Shown here: positions 8,153-17,576 of the stretch, piece by piece
Layout: each line of letters begins with the position of its first letter
Position numbering within the stretch: the first letter of the stretch is position 1
Translations under genes and position numbers: made by a program
The notes under the pieces: model-generated
Told to the model about the DNA's origin: nothing
What the model saw: the letters and a program-made list of their open reading frames with translations, nothing else
The model's database searches: none
Origin: Thermoplasmatales archaeon
GTDB lineage: Archaea > Thermoplasmatota > E2 > DHVEG-1
DNA: 25,975 bases
Direction of reading: 5' to 3'
Assembly (NCBI GenBank): GCA_023140035.1
Contig: JAGLML010000001.1
Location: forward strand, 1-25,975

Positions 8153-8186
8153 AGCCATCATATGACTTTCAAAAAGAGGAGTCTAA

Positions 8187-9530
8187 ATGACAGAGAAAGA
8201 GAGTGAATATGCCTATAAGAAGAAGTCTGCGTGGGAGATCCTAACTAAAACTCAGATCAAAAAAGCCTTTGATTTTGCTGAGGAGTACAAAACATTTTTG
8301 AATGATGTGAAAACAGAAAGGGAAGCGGTACAACGAATAAACGAGATGGCAAAAACAAGTAAGAAAAAAATCATAATGAACAGGGGAAAGGAAGCTGCCA
8401 TTATTGTACCTGGTAAAAAACCTGTACATGAAGGGCTCCGTATTATAATATCTCATATAGATTCTCCTCGACTGGATTTAAAACAAGTTCCACTGTACGA
8501 GGATTCAGAAAGTAATCTCGCACTTTTTGAGACGCATTACTATGGTGGAATAAAAAAATTCCAATGGGTAGTTATTCCTCTTGCGTTACATGGAGTCGTC
8601 GTTAAAAAAGATGGAGGAAAAATTACTTTTACATTGGGTGAAAATGAAAACGAGCCCGTTTTTTCTGTACCTGATTTGCTACCTCATCTGTCCCATGAAG
8701 TACAAGATACGAAAAAAATTGATGAAGCTATAAAAGGAGAAAGTTTAGATATAATGGTGGGAAGTAGACCGGCGGCAGGTGATTTTAAAGAAAAAATCAA
8801 AACCGCAATTCTTGATAAATTGCATAAAGATTATGGAATAACGGAAGAGGATTTTATTTCTGCTGAACTTGAGGCAGTTCCTGCTCACAAAGCAAGGGAC
8901 ATGGGATTCGATAAATCACTTATAGGTGCATATGGGCAAGATGACAGAGCTTGTGCCTTTGCATCATTAAAGGCAATACTCGATGTAAAAAACCCTGGAC
9001 ACACTGCACTATCGCTTTTTGTTGATAAGGAAGAAATAGGCAGTGAAGGGAGTGCCACCGCTCAGGTTACAACTTTTCTAAGATCAATTTTAAAAAAGTT
9101 AGATCCATCTATTGATGTAGATAGTGTTATGCTAAAATCTAAGGTAGTATCAGCTGATGTGAACGCCGCAGTAACGCCCAACTATACAGATGTTTTCGAA
9201 CTTAAAAACGCTTCATCTCTGGGAAACGGTATAGTCATGTCTAAATATACTGGTCATGGCGGTAAATACGCTGCAAACGATGCCTCTGCAGAGTATGTTG
9301 CAGAGATTAGAACAATGCTTAACAAGGCAAAAATACCGTGGCAAACTGGAGAACTGGGCAAGGTTGACAAAGGCGGTGGAGGTACCGTTGCAAAGTATTT
9401 CTCCAGATTGGGTATGGAAGTTATTGACCTTGGGCCAGCTGTAATGTCTATGCATTCGCCTTTTGAAGTTACAAGTAAGGCAGATATTTATTCTTCATAC
9501 TTGGCATATTACGCGTTCCTAAAAACCTGA
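8187..9530 (+). CDS. M18-family aminopeptidase (ApeA/aspartyl aminopeptidase-like)
   Basis: SHIDSPRLDLK, HYYGGIKKFQW, GQDDRAC, DKEEIGS, SADV and MSMHSPFE zinc-ligand motifs. Confidence 0.93.
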   Translation: MTEKESEYAYKKKSAWEILTKTQIKKAFDFAEEYKTFLNDVKTEREAVQRINEMAKTSKKKIIMNRGKEAAIIVPGKKPVHEGLRIIISHIDSPRLDLKQVPLYEDSESNLALFETHYYGGIKKFQWVVIPLALHGVVVKKDGGKITFTLGENENEPVFSVPDLLPHLSHEVQDTKKIDEAIKGESLDIMVGSRPAAGDFKEKIKTAILDKLHKDYGITEEDFISAELEAVPAHKARDMGFDKSLIGAYGQDDRACAFASLKAILDVKNPGHTALSLFVDKEEIGSEGSATAQVTTFLRSILKKLDPSIDVDSVMLKSKVVSADVNAAVTPNYTDVFELKNASSLGNGIVMSKYTGHGGKYAANDASAEYVAEIRTMLNKAKIPWQTGELGKVDKGGGGTVAKYFSRLGMEVIDLGPAVMSMHSPFEVTSKADIYSSYLAYYAFLKT

Positions 9531-9538
9531 TATGGGCC

Positions 9539-9552
9539 TTGCCCATGGGCAA
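9539..9552. repeat. Perfect 14-bp palindrome TTGCCCATGGGCAA
   Basis: 8 nt after the aminopeptidase stop; related copies at 12194-12206 and 12217-12230. Confidence 0.8.
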
Positions 9553-9700
9553 CTTTGATTTTTCATAGAATATAAAGTCAACTATTTTCTGAATAGGCTT
9601 GTAGTATTAGTCAAAGCCGTCTCGCTAAGGCCATATCATTATAAACAATCGTTGAGATGTTAAATTGGTACTCAAAAAAAGAAATAATCTTAGGGTGAAT

Positions 9701-10459
9701 ATGATGACTGAAAATAAACGATTTGCGATTGTGACGGGTGGAGTTTCTGGAATTGGGAAATCTATTGTTTCACGTTTAAAAGAAGAGCATTATAGAATAT
9801 TTGTAATTGATAAAAACAAACCTCCAAAAGAAGAAAAAGATGAAGTGAAATATTTTCAAGCTGATATTTCTGATTACGATAAAATCAAGAAAGTATTCCT
9901 TAAAATTTCCGATAAAACAAGCAAAAAGCTTCATTTATTGGTCAATAATGCCGCTATAACTGGTGCCGCTATAACCGATGATATGAAGTCTATTGAAAAG
10001 ATAGCACAAGAAGACATCAAAAATTTGATTGATGTTAACATCATCGGGACAATAAATTGTTGTAAAGAAGCAATTCCTTTATTGCGGAAGTGTAAATATG
10101 AAAACCCATCGATAATTATTATTTCTTCTGTTGAAGGGGTGAGAGGTAAGGATGATTCAAGCGAAATATATGCAGTTACTAAAGGTGCATTATTTGCACT
10201 TGGGCGCTCATTATCTATCAAATATGCACCAGCTAATATAAGAGTCAATTGTATATCTCCTGGAGCAATACTAACAAATGGGGATAAAGAAGAACATCGT
10301 TACTTTCAACCATTGAAGCAAATAGGTAAACCTTTAGATATTGCAAATGCAGTTGAATTTCTAGCATCTGAAAATGCGAAGTTTATTACAGGAATCAATT
10401 TGGTTATAGATGGAGGTGTTACTGCAAAGCTCGGTTATGGACAAAAAAAAGGTACCTAG
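9701..10459 (+). CDS. Classical short-chain dehydrogenase/reductase (FabG-like SDR)
   Basis: TGGVSGIG, NNAAI, YAVTK (YxxxK) and NCISPG; start placed at ATG 9701 (or 9704) behind GGGTGA at 9693-9698 rather than at TTG 9665. Confidence 0.9.
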   Translation: MMTENKRFAIVTGGVSGIGKSIVSRLKEEHYRIFVIDKNKPPKEEKDEVKYFQADISDYDKIKKVFLKISDKTSKKLHLLVNNAAITGAAITDDMKSIEKIAQEDIKNLIDVNIIGTINCCKEAIPLLRKCKYENPSIIIISSVEGVRGKDDSSEIYAVTKGALFALGRSLSIKYAPANIRVNCISPGAILTNGDKEEHRYFQPLKQIGKPLDIANAVEFLASENAKFITGINLVIDGGVTAKLGYGQKKGT

Positions 10460-10483
10460 ATGATACATTTGAATAGCAACGTT

Positions 10484-11272
10484 TCACTCAATATCGCTAA
10501 ATTCCAGTTTTGCCCTAAATTTTTTTAGTTTGACATCATCAGACTTTGCAGCCTTTTTAACCCTAGGTGAAAAGTCCTCAGCTATTAACATCCCATAAAC
10601 GTCTTTTTTCTCTTTATCTCTGATTGCATTCATATACCCAAGAAGTTGACCAATGGCACCATCTTGTGCTGTACCCATCTTTACCTCGATTACAACTGTT
10701 TTTTTTCCATCGCTGGCAACAAAATCTGCATCCCCTACAGAAGTTGGGTATTCATCATCTATAAGTTTTAATCCATCTCCAATTTCCCCGAAATTATTTT
10801 TTATATATCGCTGAACTTCTGGTTCTTTAAAATCTAGAAAAACATCTTTTGCAAGATCAACTTTCTCAACTTCTCTCATCACTTCTATAAGTTCATCAAG
10901 AATTTCTTCAGTTCCACTAAAACTTTGTAGAGTACAAGGGAGATGAAGAGAATAATCGCCACCTTGTTGAAATTTTTCAGGAAGATCCCTTATTCTAACT
11001 GGGCCAATATCACGATAATCAACATCTCTCCAGTATGTATGCGTACTGCCTTCGGTTAAAGCATCTTTTTCGTAAATAAATTCTTTTATATCTGCAACAT
11101 CCAAAACGGTCGCAGGACCAAAAACAATGACTACATCGTCTTTCTCAATATTTTTCTCTTGGTCTTCTCGTAAACCTACAAAAGTTCTGAGAAAACCAGC
11201 TACACGTGCTGAATCATAAGTAGGATATTCATTTTCAATTCTTTGTTTTATTTCCCTGCCGTCGAGGTATTT
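10484..11272 (-). CDS. NucS-like PD-(D/E)xK endonuclease-domain protein; 5' end lacks a clear start (possible frameshifted or pseudogene fragment)
   Basis: EYPTSVGDADFVA...VVIEVK...AIGQLLGY NucS C-terminal motif; the frame stays open 56 codons upstream of the TTG at 11104, up to a TAA at 11275-11273. Confidence 0.72.
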   Translation of the reverse strand, partial: KYLDGREIKQRIENEYPTYDSARVAGFLRTFVGLREDQEKNIEKDDVVIVFGPATVLDVADIKEFIYEKDALTEGSTHTYWRDVDYRDIGPVRIRDLPEKFQQGGDYSLHLPCTLQSFSGTEEILDELIEVMREVEKVDLAKDVFLDFKEPEVQRYIKNNFGEIGDGLKLIDDEYPTSVGDADFVASDGKKTVVIEVKMGTAQDGAIGQLLGYMNAIRDKEKKDVYGMLIAEDFSPRVKKAAKSDDVKLKKFRAKLEFSDIE

Positions 11273-12011
11273 TTAATTTAATAAAAAAATCAATCCAATT
11301 ATTACAATTTTCATTTTTCATATGAGGACCAAGAATCATATTATCATGGCTCCAAGCAGATTTTGACAAAGTATCTATTATACTTTCTACACGGGTTTTA
11401 TCTAATGTCCTGGTCTTTCCACTAGCAAACTCTCTAATTGATCGCTGGTCACTCCAATTCGGATCAAGTTTTAGAGCGTTAAGCAAAGTCATAAAAGTAA
11501 TCCAAAGTTGTTCATATCTTATAAATGGATCTTCTTGCATATGTGCAATTCTACATTGTCTTAAAATAGTGTGAACAGCATGTTTTTTTTCACTCGAATT
11601 TAATGTTTTAATTCTTTCTGGAAATTTATCTAATAATTCTTTAGAAAATATTGAATCTGTGTGTGTAGAAAAAGTGATTTTTGCGGGTACTTGAATATCT
11701 GCATCTTCCAATTCTTTTCTATTATCTATCGAATAATCATATTTTTCTAGAACAAATGTTGGATTAATTTCAATACCAGATTGATAAATTGCAATTATAT
11801 TCAAAAATTCATTCAGTTTTCCTTCAACATCATCAATTATTCTTTTATCACAATAGTCTGTCTCAAAAAATAATTCTCCTCGGACATGACGTTTTCCAAT
11901 CTGTTTGATATTTACATCTTTACTTACAATTTCTTCTCCGTTTTCTATCACAGTATTTTTTAATTCAAATGATATTTTCCATTTATATTTTGGAGCGGAT
12001 TTTTTTACCAT
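11235..12011 (-). CDS. Hypothetical protein, possibly a truncated HEPN/ApeA-MauJ-like protein
   Basis: 258-aa ORF; DPFIRYEQLWITFMTLLN...DQRSIREF resembles the N-terminal helices of HEPN domains; no RxxxxH motif present. Confidence 0.45.
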   Translation of the reverse strand: MVKKSAPKYKWKISFELKNTVIENGEEIVSKDVNIKQIGKRHVRGELFFETDYCDKRIIDDVEGKLNEFLNIIAIYQSGIEINPTFVLEKYDYSIDNRKELEDADIQVPAKITFSTHTDSIFSKELLDKFPERIKTLNSSEKKHAVHTILRQCRIAHMQEDPFIRYEQLWITFMTLLNALKLDPNWSDQRSIREFASGKTRTLDKTRVESIIDTLSKSAWSHDNMILGPHMKNENCNNWIDFFIKLKIPRRQGNKTKN

Positions 12012-12104
12012 GTTATTAATCCGTTGTATAATATCATCTATTTTCTTAAAAGATGTTGCATTCGCCAGTCACTTCATTCTGAAAGGAGAATTTATTCAGC
12101 ACTT

Positions 12105-12235
12105 ATCACCAAAAAATCGGTGGAAACACCGTGCCTGCAACACCGTGTTTGCATCACCGTTTGATGCACCGACACTAAACTCGCCCACGAGAACTTGCCC
12201 ATGGGCGAGTTTTTTCTGCCTATGGGCAACCCCCG
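12105..12235. repeat. GC-rich intergenic element with direct repeats, hairpins and palindromes
   Basis: CACCG at 12127, 12141, 12155 and 12167; CGGTG-GAAA-CACCG hairpin at 12118-12131; 7-bp IR at 12150-12168; 11-bp IR at 12177-12187/12202-12212 followed by a T-run. Confidence 0.7.
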
Positions 12236-12334
12236 ATATAAAAGAGACAGTGATAGAAATATTTATATATGAGTTACTTCATTGCCTTTAAAAGCGTATC
12301 GAAAAGTATAAAAGATTTATGGGGGAATTAATCA

Positions 12335-13291
12335 ATGATTCCTATTCAATCAAAAAAGAAGAAAGATAAACGGCAGAATATAGAAGAAATCATTGAATGT
12401 CCTGAATGTAGTAGTACACATCTTAGTAGGGATTATTCCAGAGCAGAATTAGTTTGTGAAGATTGCGGACTTGTCATAGATGAGGCTTTTATTGATCATG
12501 GTCCTGAATGGAGAGCATTTGACAGTGATCAGCGAGAAAAGAGAGCTCGAGTAGGGGCCCCGATGACCTATACAATTCACGATAAGGGTCTTAGTACAAT
12601 GATCGGTTGGAAAAACAGAGATTCTTATGGAAAATCTATTCCAACCAGAAACAGGGCTCAGTTGTATCGTCTCAGAAAATGGCAGAGAAGAATTAGAATT
12701 AGTGATGCTACAGAAAGAAACCTTGCCTTTGCATTATCGGAACTTGACAGAATGGCTTCTGGAATGAGCCTTCCTAGAACGGTAAGGGAAACAGCAGCCA
12801 TGATCTACCGAAAGGCAGTTCTGAAGAACCTCATCAGAGGAAGGAGTATAGAAGGTGTCTCGGCCTCTGCCCTTTATGCAGCCTGCAGGCAATGTAATGT
12901 GCCAAGGACACTTGATGAAATTGCAGCATCATCACGCGTGTCAAGAAAGGAAATCGGTAGGACATACAGATTTATCGCAAGAGAGTTAGGACTGAAACTC
13001 ATGCCTACATCACCGCAGGATTATATATCAAGATTTTGCAGTGAATTAAAACTAAGTGGAGATGTACAAGCAAAATCAATTGAAATTTTGAAAGATGCAG
13101 CTGATAAGGAGCTTACAAGCGGTCGTGGACCAACGGGCGTTGCAGCAGCTTCTATTTATATTTCATCCATACTATGTGGAGAACGACGAACGCAAAGAGA
13201 AGTGGCAGATGTGGCAGGAGTAACAGAAGTAACAATTCGAAACAGATACAAAGAACTTGCTGAGCGATTAGACATTGATATCATTCTCTAA
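12335..13291 (+). CDS. tfb: Transcription initiation factor IIB (TFB)
   Basis: Zinc ribbon CPEC..CEDCG; [11 protein letters not shown]; two cyclin repeats with GRSIEG and GRGPTG; [10 protein letters not shown]. Confidence 0.98.
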   Translation: MIPIQSKKKKDKRQNIEEIIECPECSSTHLSRDYSRAELVCEDCGLVIDEAFIDHGPEWRAFDSDQREKRARVGAPMTYTIHDKGLSTMIGWKNRDSYGKSIPTRNRAQLYRLRKWQRRIRISDATERNLAFALSELDRMASGMSLPRTVRETAAMIYRKAVLKNLIRGRSIEGVSASALYAACRQCNVPRTLDEIAASSRVSRKEIGRTYRFIARELGLKLMPTSPQDYISRFCSELKLSGDVQAKSIEILKDAADKELTSGRGPTGVAAASIYISSILCGERRTQREVADVAGVTEVTIRNRYKELAERLDIDIIL

Positions 13292-13296
13292 ATACA

Positions 13297-13908
13297 ATGA
13301 CTCGTTGGTATAGCGAAAAAAAGAGAGAGCATTTCTACAAAGAAGCAAAGCGGCTCGGGTATCGAGCTCGCTCTGCATTTAAATTAAAACAGATTCAAAA
13401 GAGATTTGGTGTTTTTTCAAAGAAAGATATTGTTATAGATCTCGGTGCAGCTCCAGGTGGATGGAGTCAGGTCGCAAAAGAATATGTTGACAAACAAGGG
13501 ATTGTTATTGGTGCAGATATTCTACCAATTAAACCTCTTGATAATGTGCAATTCATCCAAGGGGACATTGCAGATAATGAAACAGTAGAGAAAATCAAAC
13601 AAATATTGAACGATACCAAAGCAGATGTTGTTCTATCAGATATGTCGCCAGATATTTCTGGGAATTACTCTGTTGATCAGGCTCGAAGTCTCTGGCTGTG
13701 CGAGCGAGCGTTAGAAGTAGCAGAACAAATACTACACCCTAACGGAACTTTTGTTTGTAAAATTTTCGAAGGAGCGGACACTAAAGAATTTATTGAAAAG
13801 GTGAAACAATGCTTTTCTTCAGTAAGAACGTTTACTCCTGATGCATCACGGAAAAGCAGCTCAGAGATTTATATAATAGCGAAATCATTAAAAAATACCC
13901 TTACATAA
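13297..13908 (+). CDS. rlmE: 23S rRNA 2'-O-methyltransferase RlmE/FtsJ
   Basis: GYRARSAFKL, DLGAAPGGWSQV, VLSDMSP, CKIF and ASRKSSSEIY. Confidence 0.96.
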   Translation: MTRWYSEKKREHFYKEAKRLGYRARSAFKLKQIQKRFGVFSKKDIVIDLGAAPGGWSQVAKEYVDKQGIVIGADILPIKPLDNVQFIQGDIADNETVEKIKQILNDTKADVVLSDMSPDISGNYSVDQARSLWLCERALEVAEQILHPNGTFVCKIFEGADTKEFIEKVKQCFSSVRTFTPDASRKSSSEIYIIAKSLKNTLT

Positions 13909-14004
13909 GGTATTTAATAAGTTCAACTAAACAACAGGTAAACAATAGAAGAATATATTATGTAGTAATTGATACCAAAGTCACTTCGCATAAACTGAAC
14001 TTAC

Positions 14005-14979
14005 ATGGGAGACATAATGTTGGAACAACCGGCTTCACTAGACATGTTTCTACAAAACACCTTCGAGGACATAGAAAATAAGATGAAGGAGATGATCTCT
14101 GACGAGAAAATACTATCAATTCTAAAGGGAGGGAAACGGTTAAGGCCATTGTTGGGCTCTATTGCTTTCAAAGTTTGTACTGGAGGAAAGGAGCCGTCTG
14201 AGAGGTATCAAAAGTTTTTAGAGGGATGTGTTGGTGTAGAACTTGCTCATGGTGCATCTCTCGTCCATGATGATATTATCGATGGCGATTTGAACCGCAG
14301 AGGCGAACCTGCCTTTTATATCAAAACAGGCATAGATAATGCAATTTTAATTGGGCATAAAATGCTTGTAACAGGATTTGATCTTGCCGTGGCCCATGGA
14401 GAAAAGATTGCGAAATTATATATGGAGGGCTGGCGTGGAACGCTTGACGGGCAACTAAGAGAAATAAATTTCAACAGTAAAGATCTTAACGATGCAAAAT
14501 TATCTGCAGATTCGAAATTTTTCCAAATTTACAGCAAAATTATTGATTTGAAAACTGCCACCTTGTTTTCTTCAGCTTGTAAAGCCGCTGCAATCTGGGC
14601 AGATGTCTCTGAAGATCTTTCAAATGTCCTTGCAAACTATGGGAGAGAGGTCGGGTTTGCCTATCAACTTGCTGACGATCTGGTAGATCTTGAAAAAGGT
14701 GAAATGATCGACAGTGTGGTACTCCCCTTACTCTCAAGACTAGAGAGAAGATCCATTAAAAATGGTAGTATAAAAGCGAGAGCGCTTAAGAAAAAATTAG
14801 AGAGAAATTCCTCCGATATCAAAAAACTCTACCTTGATGAAATTAAAAAACATGTTATAAATGCACAACGACTCAGCACAGAAGGAATCGTTCCAACTAA
14901 TTACTATAAACCGTTCCTTAAAGAGGTACCAGTATATATTATAAATAAAATGTTAAAAGAAATAAACATTACAATTTAG
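14005..14979 (+). CDS. trans-polyprenyl diphosphate synthase family protein (divergent)
   Basis: GKRLRP, first Asp-rich motif DDIIDGDLNRRG, GQ, KTATLF, second motif DDLVD. Confidence 0.88.
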   Translation: MGDIMLEQPASLDMFLQNTFEDIENKMKEMISDEKILSILKGGKRLRPLLGSIAFKVCTGGKEPSERYQKFLEGCVGVELAHGASLVHDDIIDGDLNRRGEPAFYIKTGIDNAILIGHKMLVTGFDLAVAHGEKIAKLYMEGWRGTLDGQLREINFNSKDLNDAKLSADSKFFQIYSKIIDLKTATLFSSACKAAAIWADVSEDLSNVLANYGREVGFAYQLADDLVDLEKGEMIDSVVLPLLSRLERRSIKNGSIKARALKKKLERNSSDIKKLYLDEIKKHVINAQRLSTEGIVPTNYYKPFLKEVPVYIINKMLKEINITI

Positions 14980-14987
14980 GTATTTTA

Positions 14988-15635
14988 TTATTTCTTTCGT
15001 TTTTTGATAACAAAATAAAGTATTATTACTACGACAATGACGCCAACCAGAACGAGTGTGAGCAGGGTATTTATTTCAGCAAAAATAAGGAATGCTTGTG
15101 CAAACGTAGCGATGAGGAGACAGCCGATAACTGCTCCAAGTGATATCGCAAAAAATATATTCCAGGGCTTCATGCCAATTAAACGTCCAACAATTGATCC
15201 GACAAGACCTCCAGACCCTTGAAATGGGATCATAACAAAAAGAATGATCCCGATAAACCTAAGCGGTTTAATCCAGCCGTATTTCTGTTCAACGTTTCTT
15301 CCTTTTTCTTCAACTTTGGTTATAAATTTTCCTACGAAGGGAATTTTTTTTGCAAGGTCGTAATTCCATACAAGAAAGAGAGCCACAACTATATCAACAA
15401 AAGCAATTGATAAGGCCATTACTAAAGGGTGAATTCCAAATCCTATGCCGAGTGGGATAATCGATTCTTTTCCCAATGGTGGAAAAAAATATCCAGTGAT
15501 AAGTGGCCAATATTTTACTCGCATCGCCTCTTCTAGAAGTAAACCAATAATGGCAAATGCGCCTGATCCAAGTATAATTGGTGCAAAGAATTTGGCTAGT
15601 CGAATCGATAGTTTTGATTCCAGCTTTCTGTTCAT
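14988..15635 (-). CDS. Small multidrug export-type membrane protein (COG2426-like)
   Basis: Multiple transmembrane segments; PPLGKESIIP and FVMIPFQGSGGLVG motifs. Confidence 0.78.
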   Translation of the reverse strand: MNRKLESKLSIRLAKFFAPIILGSGAFAIIGLLLEEAMRVKYWPLITGYFFPPLGKESIIPLGIGFGIHPLVMALSIAFVDIVVALFLVWNYDLAKKIPFVGKFITKVEEKGRNVEQKYGWIKPLRFIGIILFVMIPFQGSGGLVGSIVGRLIGMKPWNIFFAISLGAVIGCLLIATFAQAFLIFAEINTLLTLVLVGVIVVVIILYFVIKKRKK

Positions 15636-15684
15636 GATTCTGGCACCTTAATGTCGTATGGTAATAAAGAGTATTTCGATTACA

Positions 15685-16344
15685 TTAGATGGATACAAAG
15701 ATTGCTGCATGATCCTTTTCGTACGGTGCCAAATCTATTATTTTAATAATTTTTAGGGCATGATCTTCAAGTTGTGAACATGCAAGCTTGTACGCTTGTT
15801 TTGGCTGTAGAGAAACATCAATACTCCGTGCCTTCACCATGAAAATGCCGGTGCCTTTCTTCTTTAAATATCTGTTCACATTTGCTATGAAAATTTCTGC
15901 TTGATTCCTCTGAGATATATCTTGATAAATGAGATCAACAGAAGGAACAAGAGAGCTATACTGATCTGGATGATTTGCATCTCCTAAAATAGGGATGACA
16001 TTCGTTCTTTTTTCACTTACTTTTATCAAATCATGAACAGCAACTGGTGAATTTTCAACTGCATACACAATGCCTTTTTTTATTATATCTGAAATATGAC
16101 TTACGGTTGTTCCTGTTGCCGCACCAAGGTATAAGATATAGTCATCGGGTTTTATGTCCACTATAAATCCTTTGAGAATTGCCGCAGCAAGTTTGCTTCT
16201 GTATGGATTCCATGATCGGAATTCTCTCTTTTTATAAGTTATTAATTTTTCATTGTATACTTTGATTCCTCTACACGAATCGAGATTTTCTGTAAAAATC
16301 CTGTTTTTTTCTTTGAAAACACCCTCTATTTCGGTAGGTTTCAT
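15685..16344 (-). CDS. flpA: Fibrillarin-like rRNA/tRNA 2'-O-methyltransferase
   Basis: VYNEK, RSWNPYRSKLAAAI, LYLGAATGTTVSH, YQDISQRNQA and PYEKDH. Confidence 0.97.
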   Translation of the reverse strand: MKPTEIEGVFKEKNRIFTENLDSCRGIKVYNEKLITYKKREFRSWNPYRSKLAAAILKGFIVDIKPDDYILYLGAATGTTVSHISDIIKKGIVYAVENSPVAVHDLIKVSEKRTNVIPILGDANHPDQYSSLVPSVDLIYQDISQRNQAEIFIANVNRYLKKKGTGIFMVKARSIDVSLQPKQAYKLACSQLEDHALKIIKIIDLAPYEKDHAAIFVSI

Positions 16345-16426
16345 TACTGTATGTTATAAGATGTGTTCGATAAATAATTTGTCGAAATGTTTTACTATAA
16401 CAATAATATACACGTGGTCGATAGAT

Positions 16427-17533
16427 ATGGTGTTGAGATCCCCATTATTAAATATTCAGAAAGGTCTTGGAGCAAAATTTACTAAGTTTGCTGACTTTGA
16501 AATGCCAATACAGTATTCGTCAATAAAAGACGAACATTTAGCTGTAAGAAGATCTGTTGGTCTTTTTGACGTCTCTCATATGAGTAATGTATGGATTACA
16601 GGAAAAGATGCGGAAAAACTGATTAGTCTGACTACTGTAGAAGATGCGTCAAGAATTGGAGATGGTTTAAGCCAGTATACTGCCATATTGCGAGAAGATG
16701 GTACGGTCATCGATGATACGATTTTTATGCACTTGGGGGAGAAATACATGATAATTCCAAATGCAGGGATGGCAACTACTGTTACTAAATGGCTTAATGA
16801 GAAAGCCAAAGAATATAATCTCAATGCAAAAGCTGAAGATGTTTCTCGAGATTTTGTGATTCTTGCGATACAAGGTCCAAAATCAAGAGATACCTTACAG
16901 AAACTAACTGATACAGATCTCAATACTGTGAAATTTTTTGGCTGCCAGTATATTGATATCAGTGGTGTACACTGCATCATTTCACATACAGGATATACTG
17001 GAGAATTAGGATTTGAGTTGCAAATAACTCCGCCTAAAGAAGCAGAAGACCCGTTTTATAAAATTCTTGACGCTGGAAAAGAATTCAATATAAAACCAAT
17101 CGGTCTTGGTGCACGTGATACTCTACGACTTGAGAAATGTTTCATTCTCGCAGGTAATGAATTTGAAGGAGGAAGAACACCCCTTGAAGCTATTATGTCT
17201 TGGACGATAAACTGGGATCATGCGTTCATAGGAAAAGACGCTCTTCTAAAGCAAAAGGAGCAGGGAGATTATGAACGGTTGACCTCCCTGGAATGCGTTG
17301 ACAAAGGTATACCACGACATGGATGTGAAATACGAAAAGATGGGGAAAAGGTAGGTGTTGTCTCAAGTGGAACATTGTCTCCGTGTTTAAACAGAGGTAT
17401 AGCAATGGGATACGTTCGTCCTGAATTTAGAGACGCAGGCAATATACTTGAGATTGTTGTGAGAAATAAGCCAATGAAAGCTAGGGTGGTGAAACCACCG
17501 TTTGTTAAGAAAGACTGGGCACAGCAACATTAG
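16427..17533 (+). CDS. gcvT: Glycine cleavage system T protein (aminomethyltransferase)
   Basis: FADFEMPIQY, EHLAVR..VGLFDVSHM, TGYTGELGFE and GLGARDTLRLE; start moved to ATG 16427 because the track start overlaps flpA. Confidence 0.95.
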   Translation: MVLRSPLLNIQKGLGAKFTKFADFEMPIQYSSIKDEHLAVRRSVGLFDVSHMSNVWITGKDAEKLISLTTVEDASRIGDGLSQYTAILREDGTVIDDTIFMHLGEKYMIIPNAGMATTVTKWLNEKAKEYNLNAKAEDVSRDFVILAIQGPKSRDTLQKLTDTDLNTVKFFGCQYIDISGVHCIISHTGYTGELGFELQITPPKEAEDPFYKILDAGKEFNIKPIGLGARDTLRLEKCFILAGNEFEGGRTPLEAIMSWTINWDHAFIGKDALLKQKEQGDYERLTSLECVDKGIPRHGCEIRKDGEKVGVVSSGTLSPCLNRGIAMGYVRPEFRDAGNILEIVVRNKPMKARVVKPPFVKKDWAQQH

Positions 17534-17576
17534 AAAATGTTTAAAACACATTCGAAAATAACAAGGTTTGATAAAT

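Noticed and set aside
11905-12291. 128-aa plus-strand ORF
   Set aside because: Overlaps the 258-aa gene antisense and crosses the repeat element; no recognisable protein pattern.
16253-16426. 58-aa N-terminal extension of GcvT in the ORF track
   Set aside because: Overlaps divergent flpA; GcvT similarity begins at ATG 16427.
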